Shown here: one piece after another, positions 1 through 12,518 of the stretch
How the letters are laid out: every line of letters begins with the position of its first letter
Numbering within the stretch: position 1 is the stretch's first letter
Source of the DNA: Raillietiella orientalis
Lineage: Eukaryota
NCBI GenBank assembly: GCA_036172245.1
Contig: JAYWIR010000058.1
Location: forward strand, 1 to 64,000
Length of the DNA stretch: 64,000 nt
Direction of reading: 5' to 3'
Program-made: the position numbers and the translations under genes
Notes under the pieces: generated by a model
Told to the model about the DNA's origin: nothing
The model's database searches: none
The model's input: the letters and a program-made list of their open reading frames with translations, nothing else

Positions 1-479
1 CTTCCGGTTGGGATGGATTCGCTATCCGCTACGAACTTCCGAATTCACAAGTAGACGCACAAGTAGATAAGCGCTGGATTACGCAGCAGTACGATACTCC
101 GAGTTGCGATCTCTTCCACGAAATGCGCGAGTCGATCCGACAACCGAATTCGCAAGCAGCACACAGCAAGTTCTTCCGTCAGGAAAAATCTCCTTTGCTA
201 AGCAACGGGAATCGTTGCCGAAGTGAGAGGTGGCCGTGCTGACGTCACACAACCGACGCTCGAGCAATGCCTTTGGCGAGTGCCACTTCATCCTGGTTCG
301 GTGCACGCTCATGCGCAGAAAAGTGCGAAGGAAGGGAAACGGGAGCGTTTCTCGCACTTTGGCTCGATCTTCGCTGTTCCCCATTCTCGGGAACAATTCG
401 GCCCGTTCGTCGCTTTCCTCTTTTCTCGTCCCGTCTTTCGTCGTTTGTACGTTGTGACCATCCAAGGCGTGCGCGTCCC

Positions 480-3400
480 GTTCCCTGGAATATCCTCGCG
501 CTTGTGCACCGGCCCTTCCCGTACATCCCGTACGAGCGTCGGGATCAGCGCAGCACACGCCCGTAGGGCGAATCGCGGAAGGACGGAAGAGGCGTGGGAT
601 TTTTTGTTCAGCGCAGCAGCAGTGCGTGGAACGCGCGCTTGCCTCAAAGACACGGTTCGTTGGCGCATGCTATGCTTGTTGCGTGCGACAACAGCAAGCA
701 GGCTGGTGAGCGGGATGGTGGCGCGTGCACGGCTTGGAGTTTCGCGAAACGCATCCGTGAAGGGACACTCAGCACTCAACTTGAAAGGCACCTCATTTTG
801 CATTCTCCAAGCACCTGTTCCAAGAAACGTTCGTTGATGCACGGCATGTACGAGTATTGCAAATCGGCTCGGTGTACGAGTTCCTGAAGCTCTCGGTCAT
901 CCCCAGTTGCTGCTTTCGTTGCTACCGCATGCCCAGCGCGCCACCACGAGAGGCTTCTTGAGCTTCCCTTCGGGCAGCTCGTGCTCGTCCCTGGCAGCCC
1001 ACTCTTGATTCCCCTGCCGCCCGACGAACCGGGACACGCGCCGGTACCGTCGCGAGGCAAGTGGTCGTTTTGGAACTTTGTTGCACGTGCACCTTTCCCC
1101 ATCGTGTCCAGTGGAGGAAGTGCTGCAGGACCAGCACAAGTGGGCTCTCCACGCCCCTTGCGGCAGCGCTTTCTGCTTTAGTGGACAGTTGCCTACCGGC
1201 GGGATGTGAGGGCGCCCTGCCGATCGCACGATCAACTCGTCCCATGGGCGACTGGAGTCCGGCAGAAGGTGCCACGCCTGGCCATGTTCCCAAAGCAGTC
1301 CTTCGCTGCTGTGAACTCTTCAGTGTGCCAGCAGAACAACTTGTGGACTCTCGTTCGTGCGTGGACGAGTGCGTGTGTTCCCGCTCCGATGGCGCATGGG
1401 TTAGCTTGCATTGCAACCAGAGCGCAAGCATCGTCTGCGGGGGAGTTGCGTCTTCAAAGACTGGTGCGGAAACGCTCCCGCATCTTTTCGTCCACTGCAT
1501 CCGTGCTCCTGCTGCAGGGGGACAGCCCAAGAATTGGGATGCGCCGCTTCTTCACGCCTGGCCGCTTTCCGTTAGATGCGCTCATCGTAAGGAGGCCTTA
1601 TCTTCGCAACCCTCCACCAGCTGGAGTCTCGAAGTCAACATGACGACGCCTGCCAGGCGGCCTGAACTCGCAGAAGATATGAGCGAGCAACGGATATTCC
1701 GTTATGCAGCGCCGGTTCCGCTTGCAGGGAACGGTCGAACGCGGAAACCCCTGTCATCGTCTCGTTCTCACACTTTTTGCGTGTTTCTTACATCAGTATT
1801 TGTGGACTGTTCCGGACTTTCCGTGCGACGCCACGTTAGACTGGCAGTCCACCTGTCCGACGTCCTTCGTTTCCCTGCCTTCTCCTCCCTTCTTCCCGGT
1901 AAGATCGCCAGCAACGCGGCGCCGCCCCGCCGCACACGGCTGAACGCGCAGCAAGAGCGTGCTTGCAGAAGCGCGATGCGCTCCACGTGAAAGCTTGCCG
2001 CCGATGACGGATACCACCGCACGAACCCAAGGAAAAATCGTTGGATGCGGCAGGCACGCACCGGCAGCCAGCGTTCCACTGCCTGATGGCAACAGCTTGC
2101 TTGCTGGTCACGGCGTTCTAGCCTGTGCTCGACATGCGAAACGGTGCGGGGGCAAGCGAGGTCGGTGGAAGCGGACTCTCTCCTGCTGCTTCATTTGCAT
2201 GGAAACGTTTGCTGTGACGGTGCATACGACGGCGTGAAACGCAGCAGGAAATCCGTGTGACGCGAAGGAGAAAATGCATGGCAAGTGAGCTGGCGCATTT
2301 CGCACCTGCGCTTTTTCGCTGTGCAACTGCGCTGCCTACCTTCTTGCCCATCTCGGTGGAAACGAGGCTCGAGCGAAACGGGCTTCACGATAGAGGTTCT
2401 GCGAAGATCAGCAGAGATGCGTCATCGTGTGATGGATGGGTGAAACTGGTGTATGCGCGCGACCCACAAGAAAGGATGCACGATGAAGAAGTGCTGCAGA
2501 GGTGACAGCTGGGAAGGGTGAAGCGGAAGCATTTCCGGTGCGGAGAACGTGCGCGTAGCGAAGGTTTGCTTGAACGGAGGGAGGAAATGAAACGGCCAAC
2601 GGCAGCGACGTTGTGCAGATGTGTCGTTTCGCAAGAAGCCAGCTATCCGACCGGCTTCCGCAATGACCGGGCCAGCTCTTCCGCGTTCCATCTGCAAAGC
2701 CTGCCGGCCTCCATCTCCGGAATCGCCATTCGGGAACAAGTGTTCCTTTCTTGTCGCAGACACGCGCGTTGTCGCGCCACTGCGCACGCAGTTCGGCGCA
2801 GGCTTGCGCGCAGAAAGGTTCGCTGATGGCCGAGGAAGATCGAAGCGAAGATTGTGCGCGGCAGGCGTTCCCGGAGAAACGAGCTAGCTCTCGAGGTGGC
2901 TGCTGCCTCCGCTCTGCACGACGTCATTCGTTGCCAAGCAGTCTGAGGCAGGAGAGGGCACAGCCGGCATTCAGCACCCTCCTCCGTTGCAAAAAAGGCA
3001 GGCGCTGCGAAAAAAGCGAAGGCGGTTTGCACGACCCTGTTCCTCGGATTGCCGACGATTCGGGGCCGTCTTGCAGCGCCGGAGCAGGACAGCTCTCCTG
3101 CGTGTTTTCTGACGCGGCGCAAGGCGCATACGGTCAACACCTGGAGAAGATGGAATACACGCTTTCCTCCGCGTTCGGATTTTCTCACACCTGATCGGTC
3201 TCATCAAAAGGGTACCGAAAGCATTCCCAACGTTTGCACTCGAGTTCGTTCTGCCTTCGACGCCCATCCTTGCGAAAAAATCGCGTCCACTTTCTTGGTA
3301 TGCTCGGCATGCTGTCCAACGTGAACCACTGCGCACTTCGCATCACGTCTCACCGACCAGGAAGAAGAGCAGGACGTCCAGCAGGATCGCCCCGCGAACG

Positions 3401-4050
3401 GTAGCGTTTGCTTGCAGGAAACTGGGCACGCGGGCGAATAGCAAGCAGACGGGCCCGGAGTCACGGCGGCGGTTGCTGTACTGCTTCTGTAACAATGTCT
3501 GCCTCCAGGAAACAGTCGTGCATCGTGGCAAGGGAGCTGAGCCTGGATTGAACCTCCCACGCGGCAATGATGCCTGAGGGAGCTTCTTGGGCAGCAGCAT
3601 GCCAAGAAGGTGGAAGGTCTCGTGAGTTCAACTCCAGGAAGAAAGACTTGGGTGGTTGATCTACAGCGAGCTCGCAGGTACCAAGTGCCCTACGTCTTCG
3701 CAGCCGCGAGCTCTTGGCTAGTCCCCGGCGAGACTACCGATGGTCCCCAGTCCTCCTGAGAACACTTACATCTTGCCTTTTTGGTTTCGTATTCGGCGAT
3801 TCTGCTGTTGCACTGGATTTGTTTCTCTTCAAACCTCCTCCGACTTCACTGGACCCGGGTTTGTGTGGGAGCCCCAACTATAGCCGGCACGCAGAGCGCG
3901 GATCCGCCCGCAGCTGAATGGCTCTCAGGCTTCCTGGTGGTTAAACTTTGTGCCCACCCTCGGGATACCGGGGACAATTGCAGGAGCGTTTGGAAGTGAT
4001 GCATCTACCGACAGCCGCGTCCCTAGCAGCTCATTGCGGCTAGAGCCGGA
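480..4050 (+). mobile_element. Heavily decayed L1/Tx1-clade LINE (ORF1 + APE + RT remnants), copy 1
   Basis: Degenerate motifs in canonical order across shifting frames. ORF1-like: LVHRPFPYIPYE (~500), knuckle-like CSKKRSLMHGMYEYC (~815). APE-like: SFWNF (~1065), CVPAP (~1375), VLLLQGDS (~1505), SSRSHTFCV (~1757), RFPAFSSLL (~1870). RT-like: ASSCDG..LVY (~2420), QPAF (~2960), VFSDAAQGAY...EYTLSSAFGFS (~3100-3185), EPL (~3325), NTYILP (~3760), TLG(K/I)PGTIAGAFG (~3955). Each motif alone is weak; the order is the evidence. Confidence 0.55.
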
Positions 4051-4199
4051 TCGTGGCGGCCTGCAGCGACGCCTGGGAGACACGGACGCGCCATCGTTCC
4101 GCGTGGCCATTTGCTTCCCACGAAAAGCATTAACATGGTCGCAGCTGGGAAGCGTTCAGCAACACCCCGCCGGCACCTTAGGAAAGATGCAGAGGAACA

Positions 4200-4850
4200 G
4201 GCAGCGATCCCTTCCAAGCGTCTTCCCCCCATTTCTTCCTATTTGCTTTTTAATTTTCTCCCCGTTCTTGCTTGTCCTTCTGCAATTCTGCCAAGGACCA
4301 GCGAACCTGGCGAGTCTGCGCACATCCTTCGCGCCATTGCTTCCACCACCTCTGTTAGTTCATTTTCCACAATGGCATGTCGGCACGAGTCGACCGACAT
4401 CATGAGGACTGAAGCGAATCCGGTTGGCAGCTGGATGCTGCGTGCCACAGGGAAGAGGGCATTCAGGCAGAAACCACGAGATCAGTCGCAATCTCCTATT
4501 TTGAGTCATCCGAAAAGTCTGACTAGCAGTGGACATAGTCTTCCCACCGCGGTGCGAAGGGATGAACGAGTTCCCTTTTCGTGAGGAAAAAGTGGAAAAT
4601 TTGTTCGGCTGGTACTAAATGGGTGGACGGCATGCCCGGTTCGGATTCTCAATATGGGTCCGTCCAATCTTCTGACTGTTGCTGCCTTGGTCAGCTTTGG
4701 GTGGAATCCGCTGTGGCTGAAACTTCATCTTCGCTACTTTGGAGAGCAGTGGTTTCACGAGAGTTGGCTCTCGCTGGACGGCGCAGGGTGCGTGTTGCAT
4801 TTGGAAGCGAAAAAGGAGCGTCCCATTCCAATGTGTGCCAAAAGTGAGTG
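4200..4850 (-). mobile_element. LINE ORF2 3'-end remnant (zf-RVT-like region plus tail); also at ~12670-13320
   Basis: Minus-strand LVKPLLSKVAKMKFQ...NRACRPP / AEQIFHFFLT, then CRHAI-WKMN and LV(R/L)(S/G)RIAE. This resembles the CCHC knuckle and AIW...LVRSRI tail of L1/Tx1 ORF2; it is frameshifted. Confidence 0.4.
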
Positions 4851-5082
4851 GATGCAGTCGAAGTCGACTTTGATCTTTTGCGGTTCTTTTCTGCTTGTTT
4901 TCCTCATTCAGAGCATTCGAGGGAACGAGGCAAAATGAAAACAACGCTGAAAAGTGGCTGAGCATTCTGCACAACTTGGTTGGTGCCGTCGCATGGTGCC
5001 AAACTTTCGGTGATGTGGAATGGGCGACTTGGCAGTCGTGGACCATTCAAGAACTGAAAGATCATTCGAAATTCGACACGTA

Positions 5083-5088
5083 TTTATT
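5083..5088 (-). promoter_or_regulatory. Putative poly(A) signal of CAP-like copy A
   Basis: AATAAA on the minus strand ~50 nt after the TGA; conserved in copy B at 13569-13574. Confidence 0.55.
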
Positions 5089-5138
5089 GTGACTGCTTTG
5101 CCTGCATTCGAACGTGCAAGCAAAGCAGGCCTTCCGGG

Positions 5139-8072
5139 TCACCGGGGCGTAGGAGAGTGGGAAGAGGTCGGCAAGGGTGGAGGTGGGGTGTGCTGCTCAA
5201 CGCTGGCACCTTTTGCGTGCCATGGAACCCACGTCGTGTGATGGGTTTTCGCCAAACTGTGCAACTCGGACAATACGGCCATCCACGACTTCACCCAACA
5301 CACATGATCATCGCTGAAAGAAACGAGCAAGCACCATCTTTTCCCGATCTTCCCTTCGACCCGGAAACTCACTTTTCCTCCCATTCTTGGAGGACGCGCT
5401 TCACGGGGAGTCGGCATAAAAACATCATATCTTCAACAGCATCCGCGGGATAGGGGCTCTACGAAAAGGAAAGAAAGTTTGCGGATGCGTGCCCGAACAC
5501 CTACCATGGTCACCCAAAGGATGGCTGCCACACTCTGGCTGATCACACACAGGTGAACATGCGTCTCGGTGTCGCGCTGACTTTGCTCGAATGCCTCGAT
5601 CTGCACGATGCACTCGGAAAGCGGTTGAAGGAGGTCGAGCACTTTCGAGTCGTCGGGTTCCTGCGAGCAGCATATGAGTTGCATCAAACGCCCCTGGATC
5701 CTGCAACAGGAAAGAAAGATGGTTAGCAACTGGAGAAACCGAGGAGAGGGAACCTTCCATCGTGGCCTTATGAACACCAAGCGCTTACTTGAATGCTTTC
5801 AGCACCATGTCCGAGTGCTTGCGAACAGCTTCCGAGATCTTGGCCGACAGATTGCGGTAGACGGCCAAAGATCCCTTCCCAATTCGGGCGTAATCTTCGA
5901 GCCACGGATTGCTGATCTCTGGAAACAGCGGCAAACAAGGTATCGACATTCTGGACGATGGAAGGCACGCTGTTTCTCCATTGCGAGCTGTTAGCGACCC
6001 GTGAGTTGTGAGTTGATCAGCCAAGCCGTGTTAGGTCGACAGAAAGCGAGAATGGCCGCTGCAGCTCATCTTCGCTGCACGCGTCGCTCTGCCGATTTCG
6101 GCTATTCCAGGCAGCGCGGACGTGCACATCGGACTTGCGGGCAAGCAGCAAGCCATTGCACGCGGACAGTCGCAATTACCAAAGCCATCCGACTGCTCCA
6201 CGCCAAGTTCGGCCTCCGTTGCCGCAGCTTCCAGCGCCGTGGCTACTATCTCCAATCGCGTTATCAAGGATTCCAGTGCCGGGACCACGCACTCGATTTG
6301 CCCTTTGGGAAAAACAAGAAGCGTCTCATTAGCATTTTTCATGCATTCAACCGATCGGACAACGCGACGGCAACACGCGTGCCTCGCAAGCCGTCGGCGC
6401 ACCGCTCCCGCCACCGCCATCACGTCGAAACGCTGCCATGAGAGAAGCACACGAAACGTTCGTGCGAAGGGAAATTATCGTTCCTTTTCTTCGCATCCCA
6501 AGTGCAATTGCCTTGCTTGCGAAACGTTCGGCTCGACAAAATGCTCACGCAGCCGCTTGCACTCGGATAAATGGCCACCTTGTTCCGGAAAGAGTTTGAA
6601 GAACAAATCGCGCCTGTGAAATTCCCGAAGGCAACGCAGCGGCGCTCTTTCCAGACAAGCCTGCAGTTTCCCGAAATGCGCACCCCTTCTACCGACTTCC
6701 GGTCAAGAACACGTGCAACGGCTCTTCTTCTTTTCCGTCCTTCCTTGTTTCGCGCACAAGCGAAGAAAAAGCAAGTTTCTCGACCAAACGCATGCAAACG
6801 CGTTGCGAGCTCCACACGAGCCACGCACACGTACGCGTACGTTCGTGCGCGAACGTGCAGAACGAGCGACGCGCATCCGCAAACTCCACCCGGGGCACCG
6901 AATGGGAGGAGACGCGTGTGCAGTGGCCGGAATGCAGAACCCGTTCCACCAACCTTCTCGGCAATAATCTCCATAGTCGCACTGAACGCTGCGGCTGACC
7001 AGCCACCCATCTGGAGAGGTCTGCTTTCTTCTTCGCAGTTCGAGGCTATGTGTGCCTGCGCACCTATCCACAGCTGCCGAGGGCAGTTCGGCGCCATCGA
7101 CTCCCCAGACACGGGAATGGCGGCAGTCGCTTCCTTCGTTCCGCGTGGGCTCCGTGAGCAGCATCGAGCAGCAATGCTCTTCCTGCTCCCTGGCTACGTC
7201 GACGCCTCCGTCTTTGCCTCGCAGTTTGCTCGAGACTTCGCGTTTCGTAGGTTCGTTCCCTGGCAAGCACGTTGCCAGGGTCGCATCTTCTCCGGTTCTC
7301 CTTCCCCTGTGCTTGGAGAACCGGAAGCAAGCTAGCGTTTTTCCTTTCTTCGCCTTTTCGTTCGTGGTCTTCGTTCGTTCGCCGTTTCCATGCTCCTGCT
7401 TGGAAGCAATCGTTTCGGCCGCCTCCTTGTCGTCACCCGGAACCATTTGCCTTTTGCGATTCGCAGGCACGCGTTCCTTCGTCTCCTGTTGCTCCTGAAC
7501 TTCTACCTTCTTCGGCACGAACCGATTCCGTTTGTTGCCGGATTTCTTCTTGCATTCCCGATCTTCCTCCCGTTTCTCTTTCGCTTTCTGTCTTTCCTCC
7601 TCGTTTCTCTTCTTCTTCCGTTCATCTTTCAGTTTCTCGTCTCGCTTCCGTGCTTCCTTGGTGGCTTTTTCCCCCTCTTTCTGCATTCCTTGCTCTCCTT
7701 CTCTTGTGGAGTGAGGTTGCTTTTGAAGAACGAGGTTGCTTTCACGAGCTTCTTGCAGCTTTTGTCGGTAGTCGGGGAGCCGTTCGCAACAGGTACTCTT
7801 TCGGCTGGTCCGCTCCCCGCTTCCTCCGCTCCGTTCATCTTGCCCTTGCCTTTCTTCCAGCTGAACCAAAGCCATCTCTTCGGCTTGGGTTCCGTGCGGG
7901 AAGGCTCACCGCTGCTCTCCGGTGGCCACTCCTCTTCCGTTTGCTTCTGGATTCTCGGCGAAGACACGGTAGCAGAGGATGCCTTCGCGTACACACTCTC
8001 AGTGTCTGCGGTCCGAAACGAAGCTTTTTGCTTGCGATTCGGACTCCTCCTTCCCGATACGCAAGAGAACAT
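5139..8072 (-). CDS. Divergent adenylyl cyclase-associated protein (CAP/Srv2) N-terminal-half paralog, copy A
   Basis: Phase-consistent GT-AG exons: 6302-6180 (VVPALESLITRLEIVATALE, RLE motif), 5918-5789 (NPWLEDYARIGKGSLAVYRNLSAKISEAVRKHSDMVLKAF), 5700-5505 (QEPDDSKVLDLLQPLSECIVQIEAFEQSQRDTETHVHLCVISQSVAAILWVTM), 5458-5373 (SPYPADAVEDMMFLCRLPVKRVLQEWEE), 5313-5139 (DDHVCWVKSWMAVLSELHSLAKTHHTTWVPWHAKG...PPPPLP...TGA). These are collinear with the CAP1 helical folded domain (APYVQAFD..., KLSDLLAPISEQI..., NHLSAVSESIQALGWV, KPGPYVKEM...NRVLKEY, HVDWVKAYL...HTTGLAW). The large 5' exon ~8072-6954 is less certain and needs one frameshift. Confidence 0.85.
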
Positions 8073-8926
8073 GCCAAGCCAGGCTGAGCATTTCCCAACA
8101 TCAACATATCTAATCTCTGAGGCGTGCACAAGCCACGAATCACTTCCTGCGTCACACGTGCACCACAGAGTTGATTTCCCACATTCTCACGGACCTCGCA
8201 TTCATCTTACCGGTGCTCAGCTTTGTTTCTAGATCTGCTTTCCTTTCCTGCTACCTTACAGCCACTGGCTTTTCTAAGTTGGCAGTACGGTTATCCTTCA
8301 TGGATACCTCGGCGGCAGGATAGGCGAGATGTGTTTTTTCCGGGGTCACGAGCGACAAGACTCGCTTTCCGTTTGGTTTCGGAACCGAATCCGAAGTTCC
8401 GGATTCGCAGGGATGCGAATTACTTACGGTTGGGATTGATTCGCTATCCGCTACGAACTTCCGAATTCACAAGTAGACGCACAAGTAGATAAGCGCTGGA
8501 TTACGCAGCAGTACGATACTCCGAGTTGCGATCTCTTCCACGAAATGCGCGAGTCGATCCGACAACCGAATTCGCAAGCAGCACACAGCAAATTCTTCCG
8601 TCAGGAAAAATCTCCTTTGCTAAGCAACGGGAATCGTTGTCGAAGTGAGAGGTGGCCGTGCTCACGTCACACAACCGACGCTCGAGCAATGCCTTTGGCG
8701 AGTGCCACTTCATCCTGGTTCGGTGCACGCTCATGCGCAGAAAAGTGCAAAGGAAGGGAAACGGGAGCGTTTCTCGCACGCCCACGCTCCCACTTTGACT
8801 CGATCTTCGCTGTTCCCCATTCTCGGGAACAATTCGGCCCGTTCGTCGCTTTCCTCTTTTCTCGTCCCGTCTAGCGGCAGTCTTTCGTCGTTTGTACGTT
8901 GTGACCATCCAAGGCGTGCGCGTTCC

Positions 8927-11900
8927 GTTCCCTGGAATATCCTCGCACTTGTGCACCGGCCCTTCCCGTACATCCCGTACGAGCGTCGGGATCAGCGCAG
9001 CACACGCCCGTTGGGCGAATCGCGAAGGACGGAATAGGCGTCGGATATTTTGTTCAGCGCAGCAGCGGTGCGTGGAACGCGCGCTTGCCTCAAAGACGCG
9101 GTTCGTTGGCGCATGCTCTGCTTGTTGCGTGCGACAACAGCAAGCAGGCTGGTGAGCGGGATGGTGGCGCGTGCACGGCTTGGAGTTTCGCGAAACGCAT
9201 CCGTGAAGGGACACTCAACACTCAACTTGAAAGGCACCTCATTTTGCGTTCTCCAAGCACCTGTTCCAAGAAACGTTCGTTGATGCACGGCATGTACGAG
9301 TATTGCGAATCCACTCGGTGTACGAGCTCATGAAGAGTTTTCCTGAAGCTCTCGGTCATCCCCAGTTGCTGCTTTCGTTGCTGCCGCATGCCCAGCGCGC
9401 CACCACGAGAGGCTTCTTGAGCTCCCCTTCGGGCAGCTCGTGCTCGTCCCTGGCAGCCCACTCTTGATTCCCCTGCCGCCCGACGAACCGGGACACGCGC
9501 CGGTACCGTCGCGAGGCAAGTGGTCGTTTTGGAACTTTGTTGCGTGCACCTTTCCCCATCGTGTCCAGTGGAGGAAGTGCTGCAGGACCAGCACAAGTGG
9601 GCTCTCCACGCCCCTTGCGGCAGCGCTTTCTGCTTTAGTGGACAGTTGCCTACCGGCGGGATCAACTCGTCCCATGGGCGACTGGAGTCCGGCAGAAGGT
9701 GCCACGCCTGGCCATGTTCCCAAAGCAGTCCTTCGCTGCTGTGAACTCTTCAGTGTGCCACCAGAACAACTTGTGGACTCTCGTTCGTGCGTGGACGAGT
9801 GCGTGTGTTCCCGCTCCGATGGCGCATGGGTTAGCTTGCATTGCAACCAGAGCGCAAGCATCGTCTGCGGGGGAGTTGCTTCTTCAAAGACTGGTGCGGA
9901 AACGCTCGCGCATCTTTTCCTCCACTGCGAAGAAGGTGGCATCCCTGCTCCTGCTCCAGGGGGACAGCCCAAGAATTGGGATGCGCCGCTTCTTCACGCC
10001 TGGCCGCTTTTCCTTAGATGCGCTCATCGTAAGGAGGCCTTGTCTTCGCAACCCTCCACCAGCTGGAGTCTCGAGCGGTTGCTCGAGACGACACTTCTTT
10101 CGCTGAAGTCAACATGACGACGGCTGCCAGGCGGCCTGAACTCCCAGAAGATATGAGCGAGCAGCGAGATGTTCGTTATGCAGCGCCGGTTCCGCTTGCA
10201 GGGAACGGTCGAACGCGGAAACCCCTGTCATCGTCTCGTTCTCACACTTTTTGCGTGTTTCTTACATCAGTATTTGTGGACTGTTCCGGACTTTCCGTGC
10301 GACGCCACGTTAGACTGGCAGTCCACCTGTCCGACGTCCTTCGTTTCCCTGCCTTCTCCTCCCTTCTTCCCGGTAAGATCGCCAGCAACGCGGCGCCGCC
10401 CCGCCGCACACGGCTGAACGCGCAGCAAGAGCGTGCTTGCAGAAGCGCGATGCGCTCCACGTGGGAGCTTGCCGCCGATGACGGATACCACCGCACGAAC
10501 CCAACGAAAAATCGTTGGATGCGGCAGGCACGCACCGGCAGCCAGCGTTCCACTGCCTGATGGCAACAGCTTGCTTGCTGGTCACGGCGTTCTAGCCTGT
10601 GCTCGACATGCGAAACGGTGCGGGGGCAAGCGAGGTCGGTGGAAGCGGACTCTCTCCTGCTGCTTCATTTGCATGGAAACGTTTGCTGTGACGGTGCATA
10701 CGACGGCGTGAAACGCAGCAGGAAATCCGTGTGACGCGAAGGAGAAAATGCATGGCAAGTGACTGGCGCATTTCGCACCTGCGCTTTTTCGCTGTGCGGC
10801 TGCGCTGCCCTACCTTCTTGCCCATCTCGGTGGAAACGAGGCTCGACGAAACGAATACGATGGGGTTCTGCGAATCAGCAGAGATGCGTCATCTTGTGAT
10901 GGATGGGTGAAACTGGTGTATGCGCGCGACCCACAAGAAAGGATGCACGATGAAGAAGTGCTGCAGAGGTGACAGCTGGGAAGGGTGAAGCGGCAGCATT
11001 TCTGGTGCGGAGAACGTGCGCGTAGCGAAGGTTGCTTGGTTGGAGGGAGAAATGAAACGGCCAACGGCAACGACGTTGTGCAGATGTGTCGTTTCGCAAG
11101 AAGCCAGCTATCGACCGGCTTCCGCAATGACCGGAGCCAGCTCTTCCGCGTTCCATCTGCAAGCCCTCCACCTGGCCTCCATCTCCGGGATCGCCATTCG
11201 GGAACAAGTGTTCCTTTCTTGTCGCAGACACGCGCGTTGTCGCGCCACTGCGCACGCAGTTCGGCGCAGGCTTGCGCGCAGAAAGGTTCGCTGATGGCCG
11301 AGGCAGATCGAAGCGAAGATTGTGCGCGGCAGGCGTTCCCGGAGAAACGAGCTAGCTCTCGAGGTGGCTGCTGCCTCCGCTCTGCACGACGTCATTCGTT
11401 GCCAAGCAGTGCGAGGCAGGCGAGGGCACAGCACCCTCCTCCGTTGCAAAAAAGGGAGGCGCTGCGAAAAAAGCGAAGGCGGTTTGCCCGACCCTGTTGC
11501 TCGGATTGCCGACGATCCGGGGCCGTCTTGCAGCGCCGGAGCAGGACAGTTCTCCTGCGTGTTTTCTGACGAGCCGCAAGGCGCATACGGTCAACACCTG
11601 GAGAAGATGGAATACACGCTTTCCTCCGCGTTCGGATTTTCTCACACCTGATCGGTCTCATCAAAAGGGTACCGAAAGCATTCCCAACGTTTGCACTCGA
11701 GTTCGTTCTGCCTTCGACGCCCATCCTTGCGAAAAAATCGCATCCACCTTCTTGGTATGCTCGGCATGCTGTCCAACGTGGCCCACTGCGCGCTTCGCAT
11801 CACGTCTCGCCGACCAGGAAGAGCAGCTGGACCTCCAGCAGGATCGCCCCGCGAACGGTAGCGTTTGCTTGCAGGAAACTAACGCGCGGGCGAATAGCAA

Positions 11901-12518
11901 GCAGACGGGCCCGGAGTCACGGCGGCGGTTGCTGTACTGCTTCTGTAACAATTTCTGCCTCCAGGAAACAGTCGTGCATCGTGGCAAGGGAGCTGAGCCT
12001 GGATTGAACCTCCCACGCGGCAATGATGCCTGAGGCAGCTTCTTGGGCAGCAGCATGCCAAGAAGGTGGAAGGTCTCGTGAGAGTTCAACTCCAGGAAGA
12101 AAGACTTGGGTGGTTGATCTACAGCGAGCTCGCAGGTACCAAGTGCCCTACGTCTTCGCAGCCGCGAGCTCTTGGCTATTCCCCGGCGAGACTACCGATG
12201 GTCCCCAGTCCTCCTGAGAACACTTACATCTTGCCTTTTTGGTTTCGTATTCGGCGATTCTGCTGTTGCACTGGGGTTGTTTCTCTTCAAACCCCCTCCG
12301 ACTTCACTGGACCCGGGTTGTGTGGGAGCCCCAACTATAGCCGGCACGGAGAGCGCGGATCCGCCCGCAGCTGAATGTGGATTCTGTGGCTCTCAGGCTT
12401 CCTGGTGGTTAAACTTTGCGGCCACCCTTGGGAAACCGGGGACAATTGCAGGAGCGTTTGGAAGTGATGCATCTACCGCCAGCCGCGTCCCTGGCAGCTC
12501 ATTGCGGCTAGAGCCGGA
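8927..12518 (+). mobile_element. Decayed L1/Tx1-like LINE, copy 2
   Basis: Near-identical array copy of 480-4050. Confidence 0.55.

Noticed and set aside
1430..1500. ETLPHLFVHC as a LINE CCHC zinc knuckle on +
   Set aside because: The neighbouring frame carries APE-like VPAP and LQGDS motifs in the right order within the inferred element, where no knuckle belongs. Treated as coincidence, though not fully excluded.
2643..2700. WNAEELARSLRK as a SAM-domain start
   Set aside because: Followed by a stop, not kept in frame in copy 2, and antisense to the LINE remnant.
4239..4448. SVDSCRHAIVENELTEVVE as a CAP C-terminal (CARP) exon
   Set aside because: Similarity is only a few residues, it straddles the array junction, no other CARP motifs flank it, and it fits a LINE tail better.
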